Made by a program: the position numbers and the translations under genes. Shown piece after piece: positions 33,801-41,416 of a DNA stretch of 64,000 nucleotides; position 1 is the stretch's first letter, and each line of letters begins with the position of its first letter. This DNA comes from Ilumatobacteraceae bacterium (GTDB lineage: Bacteria; Actinomycetota; Acidimicrobiia; Acidimicrobiales; Ilumatobacteraceae): NCBI GenBank assembly GCA_963779295.1, contig CAVZXO010000002.1, positions 221,927-285,926 on the forward strand, given 5' to 3'. The notes beneath the pieces are model-generated. The model worked only from the letters and a program-made list of their open reading frames with translations, did no database searches and was not told where the DNA came from.

Positions 33801-34194
33801 GGTGCAACGACTGCTCGAACCGTATTCCGGCCAGCTGCTCGTCGGCCCGGTGGTGCTCTGGGTGTGCCAATCCGCAGACACTCAATTGGCACGGCTGGCG
33901 TCGCTGTTGGGTCAACGCGATCGGGCCGACGAACTGTTTCGTCGAGGCATCGCTCTCGAAGAGCACGCCGGCATGAAGTTGCTCGTGTCGACGTCGCAGC
34001 TCTGGTTTGCGGAGCACCTTTCGCGCTCCGAGTCGGAGGCGGATCGGGCGAAGGCCCTGGTGCTCGTCGACAGTTGTCTCGCCCATTTCGAGCGCACCGA
34101 CTTCTACCTCGCCGACTTCTACCTCACCGAATTCGCACGGCGTCTTCGCAATCAGTCGAGCGGGATCACCCTGGCGAACAACGCCTTGAGGTAG
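30871..34194 (+). CDS. Class III adenylate/guanylate cyclase domain fused to an AAA/STAND ATPase and TPR-like helical repeats
   Basis: The N-terminal cyclase homology domain shows MLFTDLRGST and KSTGDGLHIAF. A P-loop NTPase follows (GEPGIGKS; Walker B LVLVLDDLQWAD), then about 650 aa of helical repeats. No C-terminal HTH is seen. The track ORF starts at 30832. Confidence 0.8.
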   Translation: MVVNHAETRTMLFTDLRGSTAQRVTLGDDLFDHLRRDHDRVLVEAVAKHGGCIVKSTGDGLHIAFGAASDAVACATAMQRAIDRLNRGKSASEHLSLAIGISAGDVVAETGDVHGTPVVEAARLCAAARGGQVLVAEVVRLLAGSRGAHSFEPLGETTLKGLTGSLVTCEVVWHPPAPPQIPMPVHFAPAVGEFVGREPERELLLRAFKEATTGARQFVVVVGEPGIGKSRLAREVATTMHEAGAVVLAGRSEENLGGPFQLWINVLAHLIEHLSDAEITEHIAAHGDEIARVVPEIWQRRVDLQIPTRSDADFERHRLFAAIAALLGTVAADSPLVLVLDDLQWADVPSLQLLRHLVRVAPPAHMLIIGTYRDADLDRSPLCDMLSDLRRDDLFDRIVLRGLSEDELGQFLLSRFGYSPSPEFVGTLVAETYGNPFFAGEVMAHLVESDLVGSFDGSSSPELTIDGIGMSAGVRDLLGRRLARLRRASIQALEAASVLGRAFDVTALVPLNQVLEDELLAHLENAVRAGLIREDPTHPGRYLFTHALVRQKLYGDLGTTRRVRLHWLAGVSLQASAAHDLDAVAYHLSEGVLAGDAVRAVDASLAAGTRAVEMSAFETAVDHFGNALAMLEQTGTTDGDRRYAALVGLGDAHVALSNVAGYTDAYLAAAEVARSQGRADRLARVALGIGTHALILRLAPETAALFDEAIEAVGPDDSIERSLLLSHRAFHRGVTPGVAEDRGREVEEAAAIATRIGDRSAAAEAIFARASAMRGSSRVDDTLELARALVEAAVELDDVRLQLHAHQIGAEANMQRGDVDGWKQAVDGLRSLARRPNGTYARPWCDLSTTIELIIEERCADAERHVAAIIDTWRAPPLVALCVRAQQWNLLQWRGEYQLAAEVVRPWLDSAGVALNMRTVLAWLHLADDPCAARAELDQLATEDFAEVGLQVAQRPHVLFTVSELCIRSGSTVHAPAVQRLLEPYSGQLLVGPVVLWVCQSADTQLARLASLLGQRDRADELFRRGIALEEHAGMKLLVSTSQLWFAEHLSRSESEADRAKALVLVDSCLAHFERTDFYLADFYLTEFARRLRNQSSGITLANNALR

Positions 34195-35390
34195 CCGCCC
34201 TGCGCGAAGGTCACCGGATGATCGACCGCATGCGCGGTGCGTCGAACCTCGACCAGGTCGTATCCGGCACGTTGCGCCGAGCCGCGCACGGTTGCGAAGA
34301 ACTGGTCCTCGGCGATCCTGCTCGAGCACGATGCCTGCACCAACAGACCGTCGGTGCGAACAAGCTGCACGGCGCGTTGCGTCAGTTGTCCGTAGGCGTG
34401 CAGCGCTCGATCGATGTTCGACTTGCGTTGGGCGAACGCCGGCGGATCGACGACCACGATGTCGTAGTGCTTGCGGCGTTGGATCAGCCGATCCATCACT
34501 TCGTAGGCGTCGCCGATCATCGAGTCGTGCTCGCAGTGGCGCACGTTGGGCAACCCGGCGTTGTGGGCGAAGTTTCGTTCGGCAACGGCGAGTGTCGGTT
34601 CGCTCTGGTCGACGCTGGTGACCCTGGTGGCGCCGCCCGCCGCGGCGTAGACGCCGAAGCCGCCGGTGGCGCTGAAGACGTCGAGTACACGCATGCCGGC
34701 GGACATCGAGCCGACCAGCGCCCGGTTCTCGCGCTGGTCGAGGAAGTGGCCGGTCTTCTGGCCGTGGACGACATCGGCCTCGAACGTCAGGCCGTTCTCC
34801 TTGAACAACACCGGCGTGGTGGGCGTCTCGCCGATCAGCGCCATGCCTTCGCTCAAGCCGTGCAGTCGTTGGTCGGCCATCGTTCGGGCCAGACGCAGCA
34901 CGAGGGCGTCGGGCTTGAACTGCTCGTCGATCACACGCGTGAGTTGCAGGAGATGGGGAATCCACACCGGGCTGTACATCTTCACCACCAACGTGTCGGC
35001 GTAGCGGTCGAGGACGAGCCCCGGGAAGCCGTCGTTCTCGCCGTTCAGGACTCGGTAGCCGTTGGTGTCGTCGCCGATCGCGGCGCGCCGCTCGACTGCG
35101 GCGGCGATGCGCTGCTGCCAGAAAGCGGTGTCGATCGTCGCCGGTTTGCCGTGATGCAGGATGCGGATTCGGATCGGTGAGCCGGGATCCCACAGACCGA
35201 TCGCGACGAAGTTGCGCTCGTTGTCGAAGATCACCGCGAGGTCGCCGACGACGCCGCGATGGCTGATCGAGGTGATCGACTCGTTGAAGATCCACGGGTG
35301 CCCCGCGGTGATCTGGCGTCGGGCGTCGGGTGTGACTCGAACGGCCATCCGCTTCTCACCCACCGTTGGCAATTGGTCGAGCACCGACAT
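34152..35390 (-). CDS. Class I SAM-dependent rRNA methyltransferase (RlmI-like, PUA plus MTase)
   Basis: 412 aa with an N-terminal PUA-like region and the SAM motif VLDVFSATGGFGVYAA. There is a 43-nt convergent overlap with the cyclase gene. Confidence 0.78.
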   Translation of the reverse strand: MSVLDQLPTVGEKRMAVRVTPDARRQITAGHPWIFNESITSISHRGVVGDLAVIFDNERNFVAIGLWDPGSPIRIRILHHGKPATIDTAFWQQRIAAAVERRAAIGDDTNGYRVLNGENDGFPGLVLDRYADTLVVKMYSPVWIPHLLQLTRVIDEQFKPDALVLRLARTMADQRLHGLSEGMALIGETPTTPVLFKENGLTFEADVVHGQKTGHFLDQRENRALVGSMSAGMRVLDVFSATGGFGVYAAAGGATRVTSVDQSEPTLAVAERNFAHNAGLPNVRHCEHDSMIGDAYEVMDRLIQRRKHYDIVVVDPPAFAQRKSNIDRALHAYGQLTQRAVQLVRTDGLLVQASCSSRIAEDQFFATVRGSAQRAGYDLVEVRRTAHAVDHPVTFAQGGYLKALFARVIPLD

Positions 35391-35439
35391 TCCGATCAGG
35401 GTATGCCGATGCGGCCCCGAATTCCCTACGCTCCGGGGG

Positions 35440-36360
35440 ATGGTGGATCAGCTGGAGCGCACGACCAACCTCCTGGCGCTGCTGCTCGAGACCCGATCGC
35501 CGTTGACGCTGGAGGACATCGTCAACCAGCTGAGCGACCAGTATCCCGCAGGGCATGCGGCGATGCGCGGTGCCTTCGAGCGCGACAAGAGCCTGTTGCG
35601 CGATGTCGGTGTGCCCATCGAGACCGAGGTGCTGGGCGGCACCAGGGCAGGTCAGACGGCGTACCGGGTCGACCGCGCTCGATACGAGTTGCGCGATCTC
35701 GACCTCACCGACGCCGAGCGCCGGGCGTTGCAGGTCGCGGTCGCCGCGGCGCGGACCACCGAGGCCGAGTTCGGAATGTTCAAGCTCGGTGGAGTCGCCG
35801 ACAGTTCCGCCTCGATCACCGCCAACCTTCCACAGCTCGAGTTGCTGCCTGCCCTGCGCGAGGCGATCGCCCGACGGGCGACTGTTTCGTTTCGGTATCA
35901 CGCCGCGCCGCGCACCCTGCAGCCGTACGGGCTGCTGTTGCGCGAAGGCTTTTGGTATGTGATCGGGCACGACGCAGGCCACGACGAGGTCCGGACCTAT
36001 CGCGTCGATCGCATCGAAGGGTCGATCGAGCAAGGAGAGGGCGACGAGTTCGAGCGTCCCGCCGACTTCGATCCACGCGCCGTCTTTCCCGCCGACCCGA
36101 AGGAATTGGGTGACGGAGACCGGGTGGCGATCGTTCGCATCGACCAGGCGCGGGCAACGTTCGCAGTTCGAGAACTCGGCGAGGACTCGATCGTGCGCCG
36201 CTTTGCCGACGGCGATGTCGAGGTCGAGGTGCCGTGCAGCAACCTCGATGCGTTTCGTTCGTGGCTGTTCGGATGGGGCGTGCACGCCGAGGTGGTCGGG
36301 CCGGCCGATGTGCGAGACGGGCTGATCGAGTGGCTGCGCACCATGGCGAGCCGTTCATGA
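35440..36360 (+). CDS. HTH-WYL domain transcriptional regulator (PafB-like)
   Basis: ATG 35440 follows GGGGGA. The protein has a winged-helix N-terminus and a WYL region (FWYVIGHDAGHDEVRTYRVDRI). Its stop overlaps the next start (ATGA). Confidence 0.75.
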   Translation: MVDQLERTTNLLALLLETRSPLTLEDIVNQLSDQYPAGHAAMRGAFERDKSLLRDVGVPIETEVLGGTRAGQTAYRVDRARYELRDLDLTDAERRALQVAVAAARTTEAEFGMFKLGGVADSSASITANLPQLELLPALREAIARRATVSFRYHAAPRTLQPYGLLLREGFWYVIGHDAGHDEVRTYRVDRIEGSIEQGEGDEFERPADFDPRAVFPADPKELGDGDRVAIVRIDQARATFAVRELGEDSIVRRFADGDVEVEVPCSNLDAFRSWLFGWGVHAEVVGPADVRDGLIEWLRTMASRS

Positions 36361-37335
36361 CTCCGCGCCGTGGGCCCCGCCGTTCGGCCGAACGGCTGCG
36401 CCGCCTGCTCGTGATGTTGCCGTGGCTGATGGAGCGCGGGGAAGTGCCGGTCGCCGAGATGGCGAGCGCGCTTCGAGCTCAGCGAGGCGGAGCTGATCGG
36501 AGATCTCGAGCTCGCTGCGTTGTGCGGGCTCCCACCGTTCATCGACGAGATGATCGACGTGTACATCGACGAAGGAGTGGTGTTCGTCGGCCTGCCGCGC
36601 CTGTTCACCAAGCCGCTTCGGCTGACTGCCCCGGAGGGCTTCGCGCTGCTGTCGTCGGGCAGGGCGGCGATGCAGTTGCCCGGCGCCGACCCCGACGGAT
36701 CATTGGCCCGCGCGTTGGCCAAGCTGGCCGGCGTGCTCGGCGATGATGGTGTGGTCGTCGATGTGCCGCAGCCTCCCGCGACCGCGGATCTGGCCGCAGC
36801 TGTCAGGGAGAACGCTCAGCTGAGCGTGCGCTACTGGTCGGCCAATCGCGACGAGGCGACCGAGCGTGAAATCACACCGCGATCGATCTTCCTCGACCGC
36901 GGCTATTGGTATGTGATTGCCGACGACAGCCGCTCCGGCGAGTCACGTACCTTTCGCATCGATCGGTTCGAGGCGTGGGAACGCACCGGGGTGATCGATC
37001 CACCGAGGGACGATGCCGATCCCATCGTGCCGCCGAGCGGTGATCGTTGGTTCGTCGACAGCGATGTGCCGTCGGTGGTGCTGCGTCTGGCGCCGCAAGC
37101 ACGCTGGGCGGCGGAGCGGTACCCGTTGCGCTCGGCGCCCGGCGAGGGGATTGATGCCGGCGACAAATCCGGTGCCGTCGTGGTGCGTATGGCGGTTGCC
37201 AGCGAGCAGTGGTTGCGGACCCTGTTGTTGCGACTCGGTCCTCACGCCGCGGTGCTCGAGCCCGAGGAGTGGCACGACCTTGGCGCAGACGCGGCGCGGC
37301 AATTGCTGGAGCGTTACGAGACACCCGACAGCTGA
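36357..37335 (+). pseudogene. HTH-WYL domain transcriptional regulator (PafC-like), one frameshift as assembled
   Basis: The N-terminus MTPRRGPRRSAERLRRLLVMLPWLMERGEVPVAEMAS is in one frame. The rest is in ORF 36520..37335, with WYL region YWYVIADDSRSGESRTFRIDRF. The frame change is near 36470. Confidence 0.7.
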
Positions 37336-37892
37336 GCGGCACTGGTGATGCCGTGCGCCCGCAACAGGTGGGGCAGGACGGCTGCCGTGGCATCGGCATC
37401 GGCGAGCGCGTCGTGGGGCCGCACCAGCTCGATGCCGTAGCGGGCGCAGAGATCGGCGAGGCGGTGCGACAACTGCCGGTCGGGATCGAGACGCCGCGAC
37501 AGCGTGAGCGTGCACAGTGGATTCTCGATGGGAACCGCAACGCCGTGTGTCTTGCCGGCCTTGCGCAGGAACTCGGCATCGAACGTGGCGTTGTGGGCGA
37601 CGAAGTGGGCGTCGCCCAACCGAGCCGCCAACTCGGTCAACACCTGCGGGCCGGGCGGCGCAGAGCGAACCATGTGTCGGCGAATGCCGTGGATGCCGAC
37701 CGGGCCGACCCGGAACCACCATCTCCGGCGAGGCGCGACGAGGCTGGACCATCGATCGAGCACACGACCGTTGCCATCGACCACGACCAGGCCGATCTGC
37801 AACACATGATGACGGCGTACCGACAGCCCCGACGTCTCGACGTCGACCACGGCGAAGCGCATGTCGTCGAGCTCCGCATCCATGAACCCCAC
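37314..37892 (-). CDS. DEDDh 3'-5' exonuclease (DnaQ/epsilon-like)
   Basis: Exo I VVDVETSGL, Exo II AHNATFDAEFL and Exo III HDALADADA motifs. An alternative start lies at 37862. Confidence 0.82.
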   Translation of the reverse strand: MGFMDAELDDMRFAVVDVETSGLSVRRHHVLQIGLVVVDGNGRVLDRWSSLVAPRRRWWFRVGPVGIHGIRRHMVRSAPPGPQVLTELAARLGDAHFVAHNATFDAEFLRKAGKTHGVAVPIENPLCTLTLSRRLDPDRQLSHRLADLCARYGIELVRPHDALADADATAAVLPHLLRAHGITSAAQLSGVS

Positions 37893-37920
37893 CCTACGCC
37901 CGGGGTGTGACGAGGTTCGC

Positions 37921-39294
37921 CTACAGCAGTTCGGCGGCGAGGCTGGCGACGGCGCTGCGCTCGCACGACGACAACGTGATGTGCCCGAAGCACCGTTGCC
38001 CGCCGAAGGCTTGGATCAGCACGGCCAGAGCGTTGTTCGACTCGCCCATGTACGGGGCATCGATCTGGCTGGTGTCGCCGGTGAAGATCACCTTGGTGCC
38101 CTCGCCGATGCGGGTGAGGACCGTCTTCAGCGTCGTCGGCTCGAGGTTCTGCGCCTCGTCGACGACCACGATCTGGCGATGCAGCGAGCGGCCGCGCAGG
38201 AACGTGACCGATTCGAGCGACAACTGGTTGCGTCCGATCAGTTCGTCGATCAACCGTGTCGCGTCGTTGCTACTGCGCTGGTCGGTGAGGGCGACGATCG
38301 CATCGTGGATGGCCGACATCCACGGGTCGAGCTTCTCCTCGAGCGTGCCGGGCAGGAAGCCGACCTCGGCGCGACCGACCGGGATCAGCGGGCGGTACAC
38401 GGCGAGCCGTTCGTAGCGGCGACTCTCGACGACCTGTTCGAGACCGGCGGCGATGGCCAGCAACGTCTTGCCGGTGCCGGCCCGACCGTCGAGGGCCACG
38501 ACGCTGACATCGGGATCGAGCAGCAGTTCCAGAGCAAAGCGTTGCTCCTTCGACCGGGCCCGGAGTCCCCACGACTCGGGTGCGTTGTGGTGCAGCAACA
38601 TCAGGTCGTCGTCGACGCGGCGAGCCAAGGCGGACTGTGATCCGGCCCGCAGAACGGCGAAACCGTTCTCGTGCAGTTGGCTGCAGGACGGAACCGATTC
38701 GATGTCGATGGCGTTGGCTGCATAGAGGCAATCGATTGCCTCGTGCGACGCCTCGTACGTGCCCCATCCACTCGGGCGTGTCGACATGCTGCGCCCGACA
38801 GGGCGATGTTCCTCGGCCTGCAACCCGAGGTGTGCCGCCTTGATGCGCAACGCTGCATCGTTGGACACGATGCAGGTCGGGCCGTACATCTGTTGACCCA
38901 ACGCGGCGCCGATGATCCGGTTGTCGGGCAGCGAGGGGTCGAGACCGTGCTCGATCAGCAGATGCTTCTGCACGCCGTTGATCTCGATCTTGACCGTGAT
39001 CTCCGAGGTGCCGTCGCCGACCTGTGTCGCGTCGGCCAGCGATCCGCCGGCGCTCACCCGCAGCTCTTCGAGCGTGCGCAGCGCAGTTCGTGCTGCACGC
39101 CCCGCATCGTCGACACGACTCTTCAAACCGTCGAGCTCCTCGATCACCGTCAGTGGGATCACCACATCGGCACCGATGAAGCTTGCGATGCATGCCGGGT
39201 CGGCGACGAGCACCGAGGTGTCGAGCACCATCCGAGTCCGTACACCCCCCTTGACATCGACATGACGAGCATGGGTAGGGACGAGGTCGGTCAA
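37921..39294 (-). CDS. phoH2: PhoH2-type protein (N-terminal PIN domain fused to PhoH ATPase)
   Basis: PIN region MVLDTSVLVAD...VIPLTVIEELD and Walker A GRAGTGKT, with a PhoH C-terminal domain. The start is ambiguous: TTG 39294 or ATG near 39231. Confidence 0.85.
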   Translation of the reverse strand: MTDLVPTHARHVDVKGGVRTRMVLDTSVLVADPACIASFIGADVVIPLTVIEELDGLKSRVDDAGRAARTALRTLEELRVSAGGSLADATQVGDGTSEITVKIEINGVQKHLLIEHGLDPSLPDNRIIGAALGQQMYGPTCIVSNDAALRIKAAHLGLQAEEHRPVGRSMSTRPSGWGTYEASHEAIDCLYAANAIDIESVPSCSQLHENGFAVLRAGSQSALARRVDDDLMLLHHNAPESWGLRARSKEQRFALELLLDPDVSVVALDGRAGTGKTLLAIAAGLEQVVESRRYERLAVYRPLIPVGRAEVGFLPGTLEEKLDPWMSAIHDAIVALTDQRSSNDATRLIDELIGRNQLSLESVTFLRGRSLHRQIVVVDEAQNLEPTTLKTVLTRIGEGTKVIFTGDTSQIDAPYMGESNNALAVLIQAFGGQRCFGHITLSSCERSAVASLAAELL

Positions 39295-39475
39295 CGCAAC
39301 TCCAATCGTCGGTTCGGGAAGACAAGCGAACTGAGCAACGCGAATATTTGTAGCCGAGGACGCGCGATCGATGGTGGATAGTGGTCGCTAGCTGTTGCTC
39401 CGTCTCTTGCTGGGTCACGGGCGCGATGTGAGGGGCGTGCATGCTGCCGTCTCGTCGTAGCGGCAGAATGCACCT

Positions 39476-39898
39476 GTGACCGAGCCGACCTGTCCATTCT
39501 GCGATGCAATCGCCGGCGCGCTAGCGGTGCGCACAGTGTTGAACGACGACGTTGTGATCGCGTTCCTCGATCGCTCACCGGTGTTCAAGGGGCATGTACT
39601 CGTTGCGCCGAAGCGTCACACCGTGACGTTGGCCGACCTCGATCCGGATCTCGTCGGCGCGCTGTTCGAACGTGTGCAACGAGTCTCTGCTCGGATGCCT
39701 TCAGCGCTCGGCTGCGACGGCACGTTCGTGGCGATCAACAACGTCGTCAGCCAGAGTGTCGCCCATCTTCACGTGCACGTCGTACCGCGACGTCGCAAGG
39801 ACGGATTGCGCGGGTTCTTCTGGCCTCGCGTGAAGTACGAGTCGGATGCCGAAGCCGACGAGTACGCCCAACGGTTGACCGAAGCACTCGCCGGGTAA
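39476..39898 (+). CDS. HIT family hydrolase
   Basis: 140 aa with the histidine triad HLHVHVVPR and an N-terminal CPFC. Confidence 0.85.
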   Translation: MTEPTCPFCDAIAGALAVRTVLNDDVVIAFLDRSPVFKGHVLVAPKRHTVTLADLDPDLVGALFERVQRVSARMPSALGCDGTFVAINNVVSQSVAHLHVHVVPRRRKDGLRGFFWPRVKYESDAEADEYAQRLTEALAG

Positions 39899-39911
39899 CT
39901 GCGGTGGCAGC

Positions 39912-40559
39912 TCAACAGACGATGCGCATCTCGATGCCGCGCACATCGCGTTGGCCGTCGCCGAACGTCCGGTGTTCACCGCGTTGGAATCGCCCGACGC
40001 TCCACAGCACCGCGTACGCATCGAGCATGTCGTCGATCGCCGCACCGCGCGGTGACGCAGATGGAATGTCGAAGTGTTCGCTGAGCAATCGTCGACGCGC
40101 GATCTGACCTTCGAACGTTTTCTTCGAGAGAAGTTTTTTGTCACAGTTCATTGTCTTGAAGGAGCACTCCGGGTGGACCTCGATGACGAGGTGCTGATTC
40201 GACTCGTCGATCAAGTGATCGAGCTCGGCAACCTTCGGCATGATGTTGAACGTCTGCTTCGAGATTCCGCGACCTGTCGCAGCTCTCGAAACAGCCAACG
40301 CTTCGTGGTAGCTGGTGCAGCCGAGGGCGATGCGTGGAGGTGCCGGAAATACCGAACTACCAGCACGTTCGAGGTACTTGCGTGCCGCAATGTCACACGC
40401 TCGAGGGGGCCCGTCGAGCAGCCCGATCGGCATGTCGATGCCGGCGATGGTGAACAGATCGAGACGCAGCTTCGGAACAACGACGACCGCGCGCGCTGTT
40501 GCCACGATCCATCCCGCCTTGCAACCATCGATCCCGGCAATGTCGTCTGTGTCACCCAC
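39912..40559 (-). CDS. DUF429 domain-containing protein
   Basis: 215 aa with N-terminus GIDGCKAGWIV and overall similarity (by recall) to DUF429 RNase H-like fold proteins. Confidence 0.65.
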   Translation of the reverse strand: MGDTDDIAGIDGCKAGWIVATARAVVVVPKLRLDLFTIAGIDMPIGLLDGPPRACDIAARKYLERAGSSVFPAPPRIALGCTSYHEALAVSRAATGRGISKQTFNIMPKVAELDHLIDESNQHLVIEVHPECSFKTMNCDKKLLSKKTFEGQIARRRLLSEHFDIPSASPRGAAIDDMLDAYAVLWSVGRFQRGEHRTFGDGQRDVRGIEMRIVC

Positions 40560-40699
40560 GGGTGGTCACCTCCTGTCGCGATCGCGTGTGATTGCAAATG
40601 CAACAACATTGATGCTTGTAATTAGCGCGCGAAACACGCACGATTTGTCTGCGTAACGCTCCGTTACTACAACCCGATACCCGGAGGTATCAACTCAAC

Positions 40700-40978
40700 A
40701 TGACCAAAGCAGAGCTGATCGATGCGATAGCGAAGAGTGCCGATGTGAGCAAGGCCGATGCCGAGCGAACTGTCGGTGCCTTTTTCGAGATCGTCACGAG
40801 CGCCGCCAAGTCGGGCGACAAGGTCGCTTGGCCGGGCTTCGGCTCGTTCAGCACCTCGAAGTCCCAGGCGCGTACCGGTCGCAATCCTCAGACCGGCGCT
40901 GCAGTGAACATCGCGGCATCGACGCGTATGAAGTTCACCGCGAGCAGCACGCTCAAAGCGACCCTCAACAACAAGTAA
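40700..40978 (+). CDS. hup: HU family DNA-binding protein (core fold only)
   Basis: 92 aa with [11 protein letters not shown]... and [26 protein letters not shown] lies upstream. TAA at 40976-40978. Confidence 0.9.
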   Translation: MTKAELIDAIAKSADVSKADAERTVGAFFEIVTSAAKSGDKVAWPGFGSFSTSKSQARTGRNPQTGAAVNIAASTRMKFTASSTLKATLNNK

Positions 40979-41007
40979 CCAACCGAACAAGAAAGAAGGA
41001 AACACAA

Positions 41008-41307
41008 GTGGCAGCAAAGAAGGCTCCGGCCAAGAAGGCGGCTCCTGCCAAGAAGGCAGCGGCCAAGAAGGCTCCGGCAAAGAAGGCTCCGGCAAAGAAG
41101 GCCCCAGCCAAGAAGGCCGCGCCGGCAAAGAAGGCCGCAGCCAAGAAGGCTCCGGCAAAGAAGGCTCCGGCAAAGAAGGCCCCAGCCAAGAAGGCCCCGG
41201 CAAAGAAGGCCGCAGCCAAGAAGGCCCCAGCGAAGAAGGCCGCGCCGGCAAAGAAGGCAGCAGCCAAGAAGGCTCCGGCCAAGAAGGCAGCAGCCAAGAA
41301 GAGGTGA
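41008..41307 (+). CDS. Histone H1-like Lys/Ala repeat protein (AKKAP repeats)
   Basis: GTG 41008 is preceded by GAAGGAA at -8 to -14. The 99-aa product is almost entirely (A/P)AKKA repeats. It is in a different frame from hup and is followed by a strong terminator. Confidence 0.6.
   Translation: MAAKKAPAKKAAPAKKAAAKKAPAKKAPAKKAPAKKAAPAKKAAAKKAPAKKAPAKKAPAKKAPAKKAAAKKAPAKKAAPAKKAAAKKAPAKKAAAKKR
41011..41301 (+). repeat. Coding tandem repeat (15-nt AKKAP units, with a 78/75-nt higher-order duplication)
   Basis: Units like GCCAAGAAGGCTCCG are iterated about 19 times. Positions 41062-41139 and 41140-41214 are near-identical apart from one missing codon. Confidence 0.85.
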
Positions 41308-41342
41308 TCCGTCGACTGAAGTAGTCGACACACGGAGCAGGG

Positions 41343-41380
41343 GAGCGGAGGGCTACACGCCCTCCGCTCTTCGTTTTTCT
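41343..41380 (+). terminator. Rho-independent terminator
   Basis: GAGCGGAGGGC-TACAC-GCCCTCCGCTC forms an 11-bp perfect stem, followed by TTCGTTTTTCT. Confidence 0.85.
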
Positions 41381-41416
41381 GGACGCGGTGGCGACGAACG
41401 TTGGCAGAATCTGGTC

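Noticed and set aside
32584-35295. Very long antisense ORFs. Examples are the 903-aa ORF 32584..35295(-), 565 aa at 29042..30739(-), 586 aa at 9949..11709(+), 643 aa at 16861..18792(-) and 393 aa at 3724..4905(-).
   Set aside because: They are extremely Arg/Pro/Gly-rich and lack recognisable motifs. They lie opposite, or out of frame with, genes that have clear family signatures. They are typical shadow ORFs caused by stop-codon scarcity in high-GC DNA.
39291-39578. A 95-aa ORF overlapping the phoH2 start by TTGA, considered as a phoAT-like antitoxin.
   Set aside because: Its composition is Arg-rich shadow-like, and its 5' third runs antisense through the HIT gene start. The alternative frame starting at 39442 is discussed as a finding instead.
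40105-40170. A conspicuously AT-rich patch (..ttcgaacgttttcttcgagagaagttttttgtcacagttcattgtcttgaagg..) inside a GC-rich region, possibly an insertion scar or regulatory element.
   Set aside because: It is in frame within the DUF429 gene and simply encodes a Lys/Phe/Asn-rich segment (FKTMNCDKKLLSKKTFEG). No repeat boundaries are visible.
41011-41301. A regularly spaced short repeat array that could be mistaken for a CRISPR array.
   Set aside because: The 15-nt units are contiguous with no unique spacers. They sit in frame and encode AKKAP repeats, and no cas genes are nearby. This is a coding tandem repeat.
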